Positions 27,101 through 36,651 of a DNA stretch of 64,000 nucleotides are shown piece by piece. The translations under genes were made by a program, and so were the position numbers. The DNA lies in the NCBI GenBank assembly GCA_943369995.1, contig CALRPF020000013.1, forward strand, positions 36,422 through 100,421, written 5' to 3'. Each line of letters starts with the position of its first letter. Positions within the stretch are counted from its first letter, which is position 1. This DNA is from Chitinophaga pinensis (GTDB taxonomy: Bacteria > Bacteroidota > Bacteroidia > B-17B0 > Aurantibacillaceae). The notes below the pieces were generated by a model. The model was not told the DNA's origin. It saw nothing but the letters and a program-made list of their open reading frames with translations, and ran no database searches.

Positions 27101-28405
27101 TTAATTTGGATTTACAATAAATTTTTTAATTACTCGGGCATTATTTGACAACGTAATCGTTAAAAAATACAAGCCTTTTTGCACTTGAGAAATATCAAGT
27201 GTATTATCGCTCATTTTTACATTAATTGTTTGGCCAAGGTAATCTGTAAGTAAAATAGATTTTAATTCTAATTCAGATTTAATGGTAATAAGATCTTTTG
27301 CCGGATTCGGATAAACCGAAACTTTTCTAGCAAGATCTGCTTCCGTTATTGATGCAGTGCTGCAAACCAACTTGTTTATATAATCCCACAACACGTTATC
27401 AAAGGCAGATGCTGCCAAATTAAAACCACCGGCAGTATTTCCCTGTCGTATAACTACTAATTTTTGACTTGGTACAACATATATTTTTTGATCATTCTTA
27501 CCCAAAGCGGCAAACATATCTGCCGGCGCATTCGGCATTAACGTTCCCGGAAATACAGTTTGAAAACCCGGAGTCATAAAATCAGCTTTACCATTTAACC
27601 ACCATAAATATCCATAAGCTTTATTAAAATTTTGCGATGAATTGGTCATGTCTTTAAAATAAAGCGAATCTTTCATAATAGTATCGTTAGCCCAAATACC
27701 TTTATTTAGGTTTAGCAAACCAAAGCGCGCCATGCTCCTGGCCTTACTATAATATATTTGATCAAACCAAAAACCATCCATTCCAATTTTACTTTTTACC
27801 CAATTTGTTGTTACAAGATTATAAGATTGTCCGGCAGCAGCACTAATTACGCTTTGGATTTTTTTATAAGCACCGGTATGGTAAGCCCACCTTGTACCAG
27901 CGTTTACCTGATACAGCAAACATGATTTTGCTGTATCTTCATTATCACATGGTGATGGTGGTCCGTCATCCAAACCACTGGTCATTTGTAACAAATTTTT
28001 TACAGTAATTAAATCTTCTTTAACTAACGGCGCGCTTGTCCATCCGGTGCCAATATACTGAGAAACCTGATTGTTTATGTTTATCAATCCTTGTTGTTGT
28101 GCCACGCCCGCTAAAAAACCTGTAAGACTTTTACCGGCTGATGCCCAATACCATGTTGAATCTAGTGTGTAAGTTCCAAAATATTTTTCCAGCACAATTT
28201 TACCATTCTTTAAAATAATAAATGATTTAGTGTTTTTTATCTGTAAATAATTATATAGAGAGTCGATTCGCTGCTGACACCAATTAAGGCTTTGCGGAGA
28301 TAGTGTATCCCATGCTGTTCCGCTTAGTGGCGGAAAATACAAAGCCTGTGCTTTTAGAAAAGAAAAGCCAAATACAAATAAAAAACCAAAGTATATTTTT
28401 CTCAT
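27101..28405 (-). CDS. T9SS-secreted serine hydrolase, copy B (tandem paralogue)
   Basis: Signal peptide; SAGK, Y-H-T, YGYLWW; CTD VYPNPA...GLYFL...KKFIV. Confidence 0.88.
   Translation of the reverse strand: MRKIYFGFLFVFGFSFLKAQALYFPPLSGTAWDTLSPQSLNWCQQRIDSLYNYLQIKNTKSFIILKNGKIVLEKYFGTYTLDSTWYWASAGKSLTGFLAGVAQQQGLININNQVSQYIGTGWTSAPLVKEDLITVKNLLQMTSGLDDGPPSPCDNEDTAKSCLLYQVNAGTRWAYHTGAYKKIQSVISAAAGQSYNLVTTNWVKSKIGMDGFWFDQIYYSKARSMARFGLLNLNKGIWANDTIMKDSLYFKDMTNSSQNFNKAYGYLWWLNGKADFMTPGFQTVFPGTLMPNAPADMFAALGKNDQKIYVVPSQKLVVIRQGNTAGGFNLAASAFDNVLWDYINKLVCSTASITEADLARKVSVYPNPAKDLITIKSELELKSILLTDYLGQTINVKMSDNTLDISQVQKGLYFLTITLSNNARVIKKFIVNPN
27153..27196. repeat. 44-nt exact repeat, copy 2
   Basis: Identical to 25802-25845; encodes DISQVQKGLYFLTIT on the minus strand. 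Confidence 0.9.
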
Positions 28406-28499
28406 ACGTTTTAGACTTATTAAAAGTATTAAAGTTTAACCGAAGATAATAATTTTGATTTAAGCCAATTAGTTACGTAATTTAGCTATTACAAAAATT

Positions 28500-28952
28500 A
28501 TGGATAGTTTATTTAAAACAGAAACAAAACAACAATTTATTGAGCGTATCAATGAACTAACACCACAATCGCAGGCGCAATGGGGTAAAATGAACGTTGG
28601 TCAAATGCTAACACACGCTCAAAAACCTTTTGAAATTGCTTCAGGCAAACTAGTACCAAAAGTAAATGTACTTATAAAATTATTATTTGGTAAAAGCGCA
28701 AAAAGATCTGTTGTCAATGATCCGCAGTTCAAAAAAAACATTCCAACGTTTGCTGAGGGAAAAATTACTGATGAATGCGTTTTTGAAACAGAAAAGAAAA
28801 AATTATTAGAATCGCTGGAGTACTTCCACATTAAAGGCCCTGAAGGAATAACAAAAGCACCGCATCCTTTTTTTGGACCAATGACTATTGAAGAATGGGA
28901 TGCATTACAAACTAAACATTTAGATCATCATTTACGTCAGTTTGGCGTTTAA
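28500..28952 (+). CDS. DUF1569 / DinB-superfamily protein
   Basis: WGKMNVGQML.H, HPFFGPMT..EW....KHLDHHLRQFGV. Confidence 0.88.
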   Translation: MDSLFKTETKQQFIERINELTPQSQAQWGKMNVGQMLTHAQKPFEIASGKLVPKVNVLIKLLFGKSAKRSVVNDPQFKKNIPTFAEGKITDECVFETEKKKLLESLEYFHIKGPEGITKAPHPFFGPMTIEEWDALQTKHLDHHLRQFGV

Positions 28953-28969
28953 CTATTTACAATACTAAT

Positions 28970-29746
28970 ATGAGTTTTATTTTAAGTGAACAAAAAAATA
29001 GTGTTTTAATTCTCACATTAAACCGTGCAGATAAATTTAACAGTTTTAACCGCGAAATGGCTTTGCAATTAATTGCAGAACTTGATAAAGCAGAAAAAGA
29101 CAAAACTATTAGAGCAATTATTTTAACCGGTACAGGAAAAGCTTTTTGTGCGGGACAAGATCTTGCAGAAGCAATTGATCCGAACGGGCCTGGTATTAAA
29201 AAAATTGTTGATGAACATTACAATCCAATTATTTTAAGAATAAGAAATATAGAAAAACCTATTATTGCTGCTGTAAATGGAGTGGCCGCGGGTGCGGGTG
29301 CCAACATAGCATTGGCATGTGACATTGTTTTAGCAGGAAAAGCTGCAAGCTTTATACAGGCCTTTAGTAAAATTGGCTTGATACCCGATAGCGGTGGTAC
29401 ATTTACATTACCGCGTTTAGTTGGTTTACAATTAGCAAGTGCTTTAATGATAACCGGCGATAAATTAAGTGCAGAAGATGCAAAAGGTTTTGGAATGGTT
29501 TACAAACTATTTGAAGATGCCGAACTTGCAGAAAAAGCATTGGAGTTTGCATCTGGTATTGCAGCAATGCCAACGCTGGCAATAGGTTTTACAAAACGTT
29601 TATTGAACGCGAGCGCTACAAATAATCTTGATCAGCAATTAAAGATGGAGGGCGATGTACAGGTAAAATCTGCTAACAGTTACGATTATAACGAAGGTGT
29701 AAAAGCATTTTTAGAAAAACGCAAACCTGATTTTAAAGGCGAATGA
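28970..29746 (+). CDS. paaG: Enoyl-CoA hydratase/isomerase family protein, PaaG-like
   Basis: AFCAGQDL, AAGAGANIALACD, GLIPDSGGT (PaaG-type Asp), EGVKAFLEKRKP. Confidence 0.7.
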   Translation: MSFILSEQKNSVLILTLNRADKFNSFNREMALQLIAELDKAEKDKTIRAIILTGTGKAFCAGQDLAEAIDPNGPGIKKIVDEHYNPIILRIRNIEKPIIAAVNGVAAGAGANIALACDIVLAGKAASFIQAFSKIGLIPDSGGTFTLPRLVGLQLASALMITGDKLSAEDAKGFGMVYKLFEDAELAEKALEFASGIAAMPTLAIGFTKRLLNASATNNLDQQLKMEGDVQVKSANSYDYNEGVKAFLEKRKPDFKGE

Positions 29747-29797
29747 TTTAATGCTTACTAAAATTGCAGATCAAAGTTAAATTCATATATTTATTAT

Positions 29798-31633
29798 ATG
29801 AAAAAACTTCTACTAATTTTCTCAATAATATTTAGCTTAAATTCATTTTCGCAAAACACCTGTAATTTTGCTTTGGCTTTTTGTGACAGTGTTATATTTC
29901 CAGGAGTAACTAACGCGCCAAACGCGCCTGTAGGTCCAAGCTACGGTTGTTTAGGATCGCAACCAAATTGCAGCTGGTTTTATACCCAGGTGACTGTTAC
30001 GGGTAATATTGACATTCAACTGAGTGCTGCCAATGATATAGATTTTATTTGTTGGGGACCTTTTAATACGCTTATGAATGCCTGTAGTAATTTAACAAGT
30101 ACTAACACCATTGACTGTAGTTACTCTTCTTCGTCTACCGAAACACTTAATATTGCGAATGGTGTTGTTGGACAATATTACATCTTCTTAACTACCAATT
30201 TTTCCAACCAAAACAATCCTATTTTAGTAAAAAAAATTGGAGGTTCAGGCAATACCTGTTCTGCATTTAACGGGGTGAAAGGATATGTGTACAAAGACAT
30301 AGATAACAATTGCACTAAAAATCTGGGGGATATTGCACTTACTAATATACCTGTTAAGCTTTATGATAATATTGGAAATTTAGTAATGCAAACGAACTCA
30401 AATATTTATGGCGAATATTGGCTCGTACAATCTGCCGGCACTTATTCTGTTGTAATAGATACTTTATCTATGCCTTATACAATACAATGCCCTAATCCCG
30501 GAGTTGATTCAGTTGTAACCTTAACGCCATCTTACTCTATTGCGCCAAATGTAAATTTTAATCTTGATTGCAAACCCGGTTTTGATATTGGTGTAAATTC
30601 TATAACACATAATGGCATTGCCTTCCCTGGTGTAACACATACGTTAATCGTAGACGCCGGAAATTGTGCCAACTGGTACAATCTCAATTGCCCCGCCAAT
30701 GTATCTGGAACAGTAAAAATAGGCGTTAGCGGCCCGGTTACCTATACAGGAACGCCAAGCTGGGCAATGGTTCCAACATCCACACTTGGCAATGTATTTA
30801 CCTATAATATTGCAAATTTTGCAGCAATTAATCCAAGTATGGATTTTGCTTTAGCTTTAAAAACCAATACCATTGCTCTTGCAGGAAATCAGATCTGTAT
30901 TACAGTAACAGTATCACCAACATCGGGAGATAATAATATCTCCAATAATATTTTGCAACAATGTTATCCCGTTGTAAACTCATATGATCCAAACTATAAA
31001 GAAACTTATCCTGAACATGTGCCTCCTGGTTATCAGGACTGGCTTACCTACACAATTCATTTTCAAAACACCGGTAATGCAAGTGCCATTGATATAAAGC
31101 TTATTGATACTTTAAGCAACAACCTCGATCTAAATACGTTTAGTGTGATCAATAATAGTCACCCATTAATAACAAGTTTAACAGGTAATAAATTATTGTT
31201 TAAATTTAATAACATCAACTTACCCGATAGTGCAAGTAATCCTGCGGGATCTATGGGCTTTGTGCAATACAAGATAAAACCATTACCTAATTTACCCGGC
31301 GGCACGCAGATCAAGAATCGCGCCCATATTTATTTTGATTTTAATGCCCCAATTGTGACGAATACTTCAACAAATAATTTTATATTAACTACCGGTTTAA
31401 ACGGATCAAAGCAAAGCAATCAAATCTCAGTTTATCCAAATCCCAATTCCGGAAATTTTGTAGTCGAAGCAAAAGAAAAAATTACTATTGAATTATTTGA
31501 TGTAGTTGGAAAAGTTGTTCTTCATCAACAATTATCAGAAGGAAAAACGAAGATCGACATTAGTGAGTACGCCAACGGCATATATTTTCTAAAAACTGAT
31601 AAAACAAATTATTTAAAGATTGTAAAACAATAA
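29798..31633 (+). CDS. T9SS type A cargo: adhesin-like N-domain, SdrD-B-like domain, NSYDPN/YTIHFQNTG Ig-like domain, CTD
   Basis: Signal peptide; YGCLGSQPN..WFY..DIDFICWGPF; GYVYKDIDNNC; SYDPNYK, YTIHFQNTG, IYFDFN.PI.TN; VYPNP...GIYFL. Confidence 0.8.
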   Translation: MKKLLLIFSIIFSLNSFSQNTCNFALAFCDSVIFPGVTNAPNAPVGPSYGCLGSQPNCSWFYTQVTVTGNIDIQLSAANDIDFICWGPFNTLMNACSNLTSTNTIDCSYSSSSTETLNIANGVVGQYYIFLTTNFSNQNNPILVKKIGGSGNTCSAFNGVKGYVYKDIDNNCTKNLGDIALTNIPVKLYDNIGNLVMQTNSNIYGEYWLVQSAGTYSVVIDTLSMPYTIQCPNPGVDSVVTLTPSYSIAPNVNFNLDCKPGFDIGVNSITHNGIAFPGVTHTLIVDAGNCANWYNLNCPANVSGTVKIGVSGPVTYTGTPSWAMVPTSTLGNVFTYNIANFAAINPSMDFALALKTNTIALAGNQICITVTVSPTSGDNNISNNILQQCYPVVNSYDPNYKETYPEHVPPGYQDWLTYTIHFQNTGNASAIDIKLIDTLSNNLDLNTFSVINNSHPLITSLTGNKLLFKFNNINLPDSASNPAGSMGFVQYKIKPLPNLPGGTQIKNRAHIYFDFNAPIVTNTSTNNFILTTGLNGSKQSNQISVYPNPNSGNFVVEAKEKITIELFDVVGKVVLHQQLSEGKTKIDISEYANGIYFLKTDKTNYLKIVKQ

Positions 31634-31639
31634 AAATAA

Positions 31640-31675
31640 AAAAGCCCCAAAGGTGTGTCGTTCTTCAGGGCTTTT
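31640..31675. terminator. Probable bidirectional terminator between convergent genes
   Basis: AAAAGCCC...GGGCTTTT 8-bp stem, A-tract on the left and T-tract on the right; long loop. Confidence 0.55.
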
Positions 31676-31689
31676 AAATTTACAAGCTC

Positions 31690-33993
31690 TTAGTCCAGAA
31701 TTAAGCTTGTAATATCTTTACTATTCATATTTTTAACATTATGTTGCTGCTGATAAGCAATGTTAATGCTATTGCCTTTTTTCATTTTTCTTATTTCATT
31801 TGGTTTTGTAACCTGCATGTAACCGTTATTAGAGAACCTGATCACATAGTTCTCATTATACTTAAAGTAAAAACCCGAAAGCGAATTTCCATTATAACTT
31901 TTAGCTATTGGATAACTTGTGTTTATGTTTTTAAACAAAACTGCGTTATACTCATCTGACAAACTATCTACGTTTACATTATAATTTACTAAAACATCTT
32001 CCATTTGTCCACTATGAATATAGGCGTCGATATTTTTTACACCTAAGCCACTTTTCACTAAAGCATTTCCAACATCATTATTATTTTGAAAAGAATTATA
32101 GTAGTAGCCCGGATACGTTTTTTTAACATAGGTCTTCCATCCTTTAAAATCCAGTTGCTTTTCATCTTTGTTCTGATATTTTTTCGAATAATTATAGGCA
32201 AGCAGATCCTTTTCTTCTGCAGTTATCATTGGAAAATTAAGATCATTATAATTATATGGAGCCGTTCTTTCTTTTTTATTAAAACGTTTTGCTTCGCTAT
32301 ACAAAGCTCTTAGTATTGTATTGCACAAAACAGAATTTGCTTTTTTAGAGACATAACAGGTACCATCATCCATTAAAGTAACTGCTTTTCCTTTAAGGCC
32401 AATGAATGATTTATCTGTTTTAATACTCAGATCTATGCCATTGCCAATTGAATTAAGCCTGAGGTCCCAACACAATAATTTGCGATTATACGTTGCCCTG
32501 AATTCCTCTTTTGTTAAAGAGCCGGTATAAACATAGGTTCTGTTCAATAATGGTTGTATGTGTTTTGGCACATCGTAGTTGTTTTTGTTCGCTTTTACGA
32601 TCGTAAAAATCATCTCTTTTTCTTTAGTAATTTTCACAAACTTAATTCTAAAGAAAGCCTTGTTCTTGTTTTTCCGCCTGTTAAACATAGTGCCATATGT
32701 AGGAAAATATCTTATCGAATCTTTTGTAGTTTGAAGATTATCTTTCCGGTATGTATAGAGGTAATTTTTGTTCGCAAATCGGGCCTCGTAACTTGTGGTA
32801 TCTGCCATATTTCTGATATTGCTTAACAAATAACCGTAATATTCTCTTACAGCCCTTGTAGCATCCGACCCATTATCCTTTTTTGCTATCAGGGGTTTCA
32901 CGGCAACATCTGTTGTTGTCCAACTGCCATCATTATTTAAAGAATAAAATTTAAAATTTTCCGAAGTATCTGTTAAAGCAAAATTAATTTTAATGGATGT
33001 ATCGCTTTTAGTTTTTAACTCCTCTCCATTTACATCAAAAGCACTTATTTCGTACATACCCCCACTTTTAAACAATTCCATTTTTTCGCCAACTTTTGTT
33101 GACATAGGAATTCCTGAAAGCATTATCTCTACCGGATTTCTGAATTCGCGGTAAAATAACTTCACATTACCTGTATAATTCTGTCCGGATAAAGTTACAA
33201 ACGCATTCTTATCAATTGTAATTTCACTGCCCGATTCATAAAAAATTGTTCGGCCTGCCATGGCATTAAAATTATACACCGTATCATTTATATCAATACC
33301 GGGGATTGGTTGTTTGATGCAAGCCATTGGTAAACTTTTAACTTTTTGTTTTACAGTTGAAGGATGATTTACTACTACAGTTTTATTTTTGTTTTCTTTA
33401 TAAAAGTTACCAAAATAAGCAAGATCCACCGTGTGTACATTCTCGTTAAACTCAATTTGAATTTTTTCAGTTTTATTTGGCAAAGAAAAAATGTTGTTGC
33501 TACTTACCTGTAAAGAAACAAGGTCTTTTAACAAATGTAAACTATCTGTTACAAGCTCGATATCTTTTTTCTGAATGCATATTCTTTTAACCGGAGAGTT
33601 CTTTAAAAGTTCAAATAAATTATTTTCGTAAAAAGTACAGTTACTTAAAAGGTGTACTTCCTCTAATTCGCCAAACATATCTAATGATTCGGTAAGGCCA
33701 GATAGATCGCAGTTTTCGAAGATGATCGTTTTTGGATCAAGATCTTCGTCTATGATACTTACTAATGAATCCATATCAAAACCAGGCTTATTAAATCCAA
33801 CTAATTTAATAGCTTTAAATGATCTGTATTTATCCAATTGATCAATAAATATTAATGTGCGCTTGTCATTTTTAATAACCAGGCAAGCATTTTCATTTGA
33901 AGAAAAATTCTGTCCGGGTTTGTAATACCTGTAATTTTGAGAAACCATGTTTGCTGTTAGGCATATTAATGCCATGATCATAATGCGTTGCAT
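31690..33993 (-). CDS. Hypothetical exported protein: LRR-like N-region plus an uncharacterised SGIPM/SGGMYEI module
   Basis: Signal-like N-terminus; Leu-periodic segments (LDMFGELEEVHLLSN, LHLLKDLVSLQVSSNNI); 767-aa open frame; no CTD. Confidence 0.6.
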   Translation of the reverse strand: MQRIMIMALICLTANMVSQNYRYYKPGQNFSSNENACLVIKNDKRTLIFIDQLDKYRSFKAIKLVGFNKPGFDMDSLVSIIDEDLDPKTIIFENCDLSGLTESLDMFGELEEVHLLSNCTFYENNLFELLKNSPVKRICIQKKDIELVTDSLHLLKDLVSLQVSSNNIFSLPNKTEKIQIEFNENVHTVDLAYFGNFYKENKNKTVVVNHPSTVKQKVKSLPMACIKQPIPGIDINDTVYNFNAMAGRTIFYESGSEITIDKNAFVTLSGQNYTGNVKLFYREFRNPVEIMLSGIPMSTKVGEKMELFKSGGMYEISAFDVNGEELKTKSDTSIKINFALTDTSENFKFYSLNNDGSWTTTDVAVKPLIAKKDNGSDATRAVREYYGYLLSNIRNMADTTSYEARFANKNYLYTYRKDNLQTTKDSIRYFPTYGTMFNRRKNKNKAFFRIKFVKITKEKEMIFTIVKANKNNYDVPKHIQPLLNRTYVYTGSLTKEEFRATYNRKLLCWDLRLNSIGNGIDLSIKTDKSFIGLKGKAVTLMDDGTCYVSKKANSVLCNTILRALYSEAKRFNKKERTAPYNYNDLNFPMITAEEKDLLAYNYSKKYQNKDEKQLDFKGWKTYVKKTYPGYYYNSFQNNNDVGNALVKSGLGVKNIDAYIHSGQMEDVLVNYNVNVDSLSDEYNAVLFKNINTSYPIAKSYNGNSLSGFYFKYNENYVIRFSNNGYMQVTKPNEIRKMKKGNSINIAYQQQHNVKNMNSKDITSLILD

Positions 33994-34071
33994 AATAAAA
34001 CATTTTAAGGTTAAACAATAAATAAATTAAAATTTAATGTGGTAAGAATTATCGCATTAAAGAACGTGGTG

Positions 34072-34584
34072 TTATTTAAACCAACTGCTGTACATTAAAT
34101 AATTATTTGCTATTCTGTCAATTTCGCCGCTGATCAATTCCTGCGAAATATCTTTTACTTTTTTTGCCGGTACACCTGCGTAAATACAACCGCTTGGCAC
34201 TTTTGTTCCTTCTGTAACCACAGCACCCGCTGCTATAATAGTGTTACTGCCAATTTCGCAATTATCCATTACTATGGCACCCATACCTATTAGAACATTA
34301 TCATGAACCGTGCATCCATGAACGATGGCATTATGTCCTATAGAAACATTATTGCCTAAATTCACTTTTGTTTTTTGATACGTACAATGTAAAACGGCAC
34401 CATCCTGGATGTTTACTTTGTTGCCGATCTTTATACTATTTACGTCTCCACGAACAACCGCGTTAAACCATATACTGCAATCGTTTCCTATTAATACGTC
34501 TCCAACGATGGTGGCGTTGGGTGCAATAAAACAATTTTCTCCAAAGGTTGGAGCAATTCCATTTACTGGTAAGATAACAGCCAT
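34072..34584 (-). CDS. Gamma carbonic anhydrase family protein (YrdA/PaaY-like)
   Basis: Hexapeptide repeats; VRGDVN, NIQDG.V.H, IGHNAIVHGC. Confidence 0.93.
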   Translation of the reverse strand: MAVILPVNGIAPTFGENCFIAPNATIVGDVLIGNDCSIWFNAVVRGDVNSIKIGNKVNIQDGAVLHCTYQKTKVNLGNNVSIGHNAIVHGCTVHDNVLIGMGAIVMDNCEIGSNTIIAAGAVVTEGTKVPSGCIYAGVPAKKVKDISQELISGEIDRIANNYLMYSSWFK

Positions 34585-34588
34585 AATT

Positions 34589-35029
34589 TTATTTTTTTAA
34601 TTCCATTTTACAATTGTCCAATCCCGGACCAAATCCATCTTTTGTAATACTTACGATTTTAAAACCGTACTTTTCAAAAAAACCGGTAGTATGCTGTGAG
34701 GTAACATTTACAATTGTTTTACCCGGATACGTTTTTTCTATTTCATTCAAACGAAATTCTAAAAGTGACTTTCCTAAATTTTGTTTGAGGCAATCATTAT
34801 GAACCATGCCCCAGCATAAAGACACAGTATCATCCTCATTTAAATCATATCCACCTGCGCCAACTATTTTTTCACCCAATAACATTACATAAAATGTATG
34901 GTGGAACTGAGGAATATCTTCTATAAGATCTTTTTCTTCAAACTCAAAAAAATATTTTGGAATGTTACTTCTAAAAATAGAAATAACTTCGGGCAAATGT
35001 TTTTCGGAATATTTTTCAAAACGTACCAT
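34589..35029 (-). CDS. GNAT family N-acetyltransferase
   Basis: VGAGG, WGMVH...QNLGK.LL, FFEKYGF. Confidence 0.85.
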   Translation of the reverse strand: MVRFEKYSEKHLPEVISIFRSNIPKYFFEFEEKDLIEDIPQFHHTFYVMLLGEKIVGAGGYDLNEDDTVSLCWGMVHNDCLKQNLGKSLLEFRLNEIEKTYPGKTIVNVTSQHTTGFFEKYGFKIVSITKDGFGPGLDNCKMELKK

Positions 35030-35334
35030 TACATTCCAGGCAATAAGCCACCTGCGGCTTTTTTCATTTCTTCTTCGTTTAGTTTATCTGCCGCGGCAAT
35101 TGCTCTATTGATGGTAACAGTTAATTGTTCTTCCAGCTCTTCTTTACTCCCATGCTGTAAAGCGGGCGCAATGTAAATAGTGTTAACTTTCCTGTTTCCG
35201 GTAATTTCAATTTTGATATCGCCACCGGCACCTTCTATTTTTAATACAACGCCGTCGAGCTTGTTTTTTATCTCATCTGCTTTTTGCTTCATTTCCTGAA
35301 GCTTTCCAAGCATATCTCCCATTTTTCCAAACAT
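35029..35334 (-). CDS. ybaB: YbaB/EbfC nucleoid-associated protein
   Basis: MQ-rich N-terminus, GAGGDIKIEITGN, ELEEQL..TINRA. Confidence 0.88.
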   Translation of the reverse strand: MFGKMGDMLGKLQEMKQKADEIKNKLDGVVLKIEGAGGDIKIEITGNRKVNTIYIAPALQHGSKEELEEQLTVTINRAIAAADKLNEEEMKKAAGGLLPGM

Positions 35335-35338
35335 ACTT

Positions 35339-35776
35339 TTACTTAAATAAATTACCCAATCCGCCCATCATATCTCCTAAGCCTCCGGTTCCACCAATAT
35401 TTTTCATAATATCTTGTAGGTCAAAGCTAGAATCGTTTGGGTCGTTTGTTTTTTTAGTAAAACTCTCCAAAACTTTTGGTACTAATGTAGAGGCAATGCC
35501 AGAAGCTGCGGCATTATCAATACCAAACTTTTTTACTAAATCGCTTACCACATTTGAATTCATTGATTTAGAAAGCTCGCCGGAAACAGAATTGTTTTTA
35601 AACATATCCATTATTCCATTTAAATTTCCGGCCGAAGCCTGCGATTTTAATGTGTCAAAAATAGAATTAGCGGTAGAATTAATAGCCGCATCGTTATTTT
35701 CGTTCGGAATTGCGTTGTTGTTTATGATCGCATCTCCTGCATTTTCTTTTACCAGATTAATTAAGTTGTCTAACAT
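35339..35776 (-). CDS. DUF937/YidB-like hypothetical protein
   Basis: Helical repeats, LVKKFGID...ASGIA..LVP, Gly-rich tail. Confidence 0.6.
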   Translation of the reverse strand: MLDNLINLVKENAGDAIINNNAIPNENNDAAINSTANSIFDTLKSQASAGNLNGIMDMFKNNSVSGELSKSMNSNVVSDLVKKFGIDNAAASGIASTLVPKVLESFTKKTNDPNDSSFDLQDIMKNIGGTGGLGDMMGGLGNLFK

Positions 35777-35800
35777 GAGTTTATTCTTTTAATTTATAAT

Positions 35801-36577
35801 TTATTTTAATTCATTGGGAACAATACAAACCGGAATTGGATCTATCTTGTGTTTGTTGGCTGCATTTCTTTTTAAATAAATAGCCATTATTTCTTTCTCG
35901 CGAAAACTTAGTTCGTGCACTTCCTTTTTAGCAATGTATTCCATTGCCCATTCCAGTTCGGGATAGGTTGCGCCTATCTGGTCTTCATCGGTTCTTCCAT
36001 CAGCAAATAATCCATCTGTTGGCTTTGCCTGTTGTATGCTTCCAACAACACCTAATTCTTTTGCCAATTCATATACCTCCGTTTTATATAAGTCGGCAAT
36101 CGGACTAAGATCTACTCCTCCATCACCATACTTGGTAAAAAAACCAATTCCAAAATCCTCTACTTTATTTCCGGTACCTGCAACTAATAAACGGTTATGG
36201 CCGGCAAAAGCATAAAGCGTTGTCATGCGTAAACGAGCACGCGTGTTGGCCATAGTTAAAAAATCCTGTACTTCTTTTGGAAACGTGTTTTCAATACTTT
36301 CTAAAGTAGCTGTAAGATCAACAGTTCCGGTTTCAACATTTTTAAAAGCAGAGGCCAGCCATTTTATATGTTCGGCACTGCGATCAAATTCAGTTTTAAA
36401 CTGGCGAATAGGAAGATTAAGAACAATAACTCTTTTTCCGGTTAAAGCGCAAAGCGTTGAAGTAACAGCGCTGTCAATACCTCCAGAGATACCAACCACA
36501 AAACCATCTGTGCCCGATTTATCTGAATAGCTTTTTAACCAGCCAACAATATGTTCTATTATAAGTTTTGAGTTCAT
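35801..36577 (-). CDS. nadE: NH3-dependent NAD+ synthetase
   Basis: GISGGIDS, ANTRARLRM, GTGNKVE, FFTKYGDGGVD, PIADLYKTEV. Confidence 0.96.
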   Translation of the reverse strand: MNSKLIIEHIVGWLKSYSDKSGTDGFVVGISGGIDSAVTSTLCALTGKRVIVLNLPIRQFKTEFDRSAEHIKWLASAFKNVETGTVDLTATLESIENTFPKEVQDFLTMANTRARLRMTTLYAFAGHNRLLVAGTGNKVEDFGIGFFTKYGDGGVDLSPIADLYKTEVYELAKELGVVGSIQQAKPTDGLFADGRTDEDQIGATYPELEWAMEYIAKKEVHELSFREKEIMAIYLKRNAANKHKIDPIPVCIVPNELK

Positions 36578-36639
36578 TTTTAACTAAAATATGTTTGTAA
36601 AGTTAGTATTTTGAGCAAATTATTTATCTTAAAGATAAT

Positions 36640-36647
36640 TAAATTTG
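36640..36647 (+). promoter_or_regulatory. -7 element of a probably leaderless sprT-like transcript
   Basis: TAAATTTG ends 5 nt before the GTG at 36652. Confidence 0.55.
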
Positions 36648-36651
36648 ACAA

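Noticed and set aside
28970-29746. Phenylacetate catabolic cluster around the paaG-like gene
   Set aside because: No paaABCDE, paaZ or paaK in the window; the other CoA-related genes are dispersed
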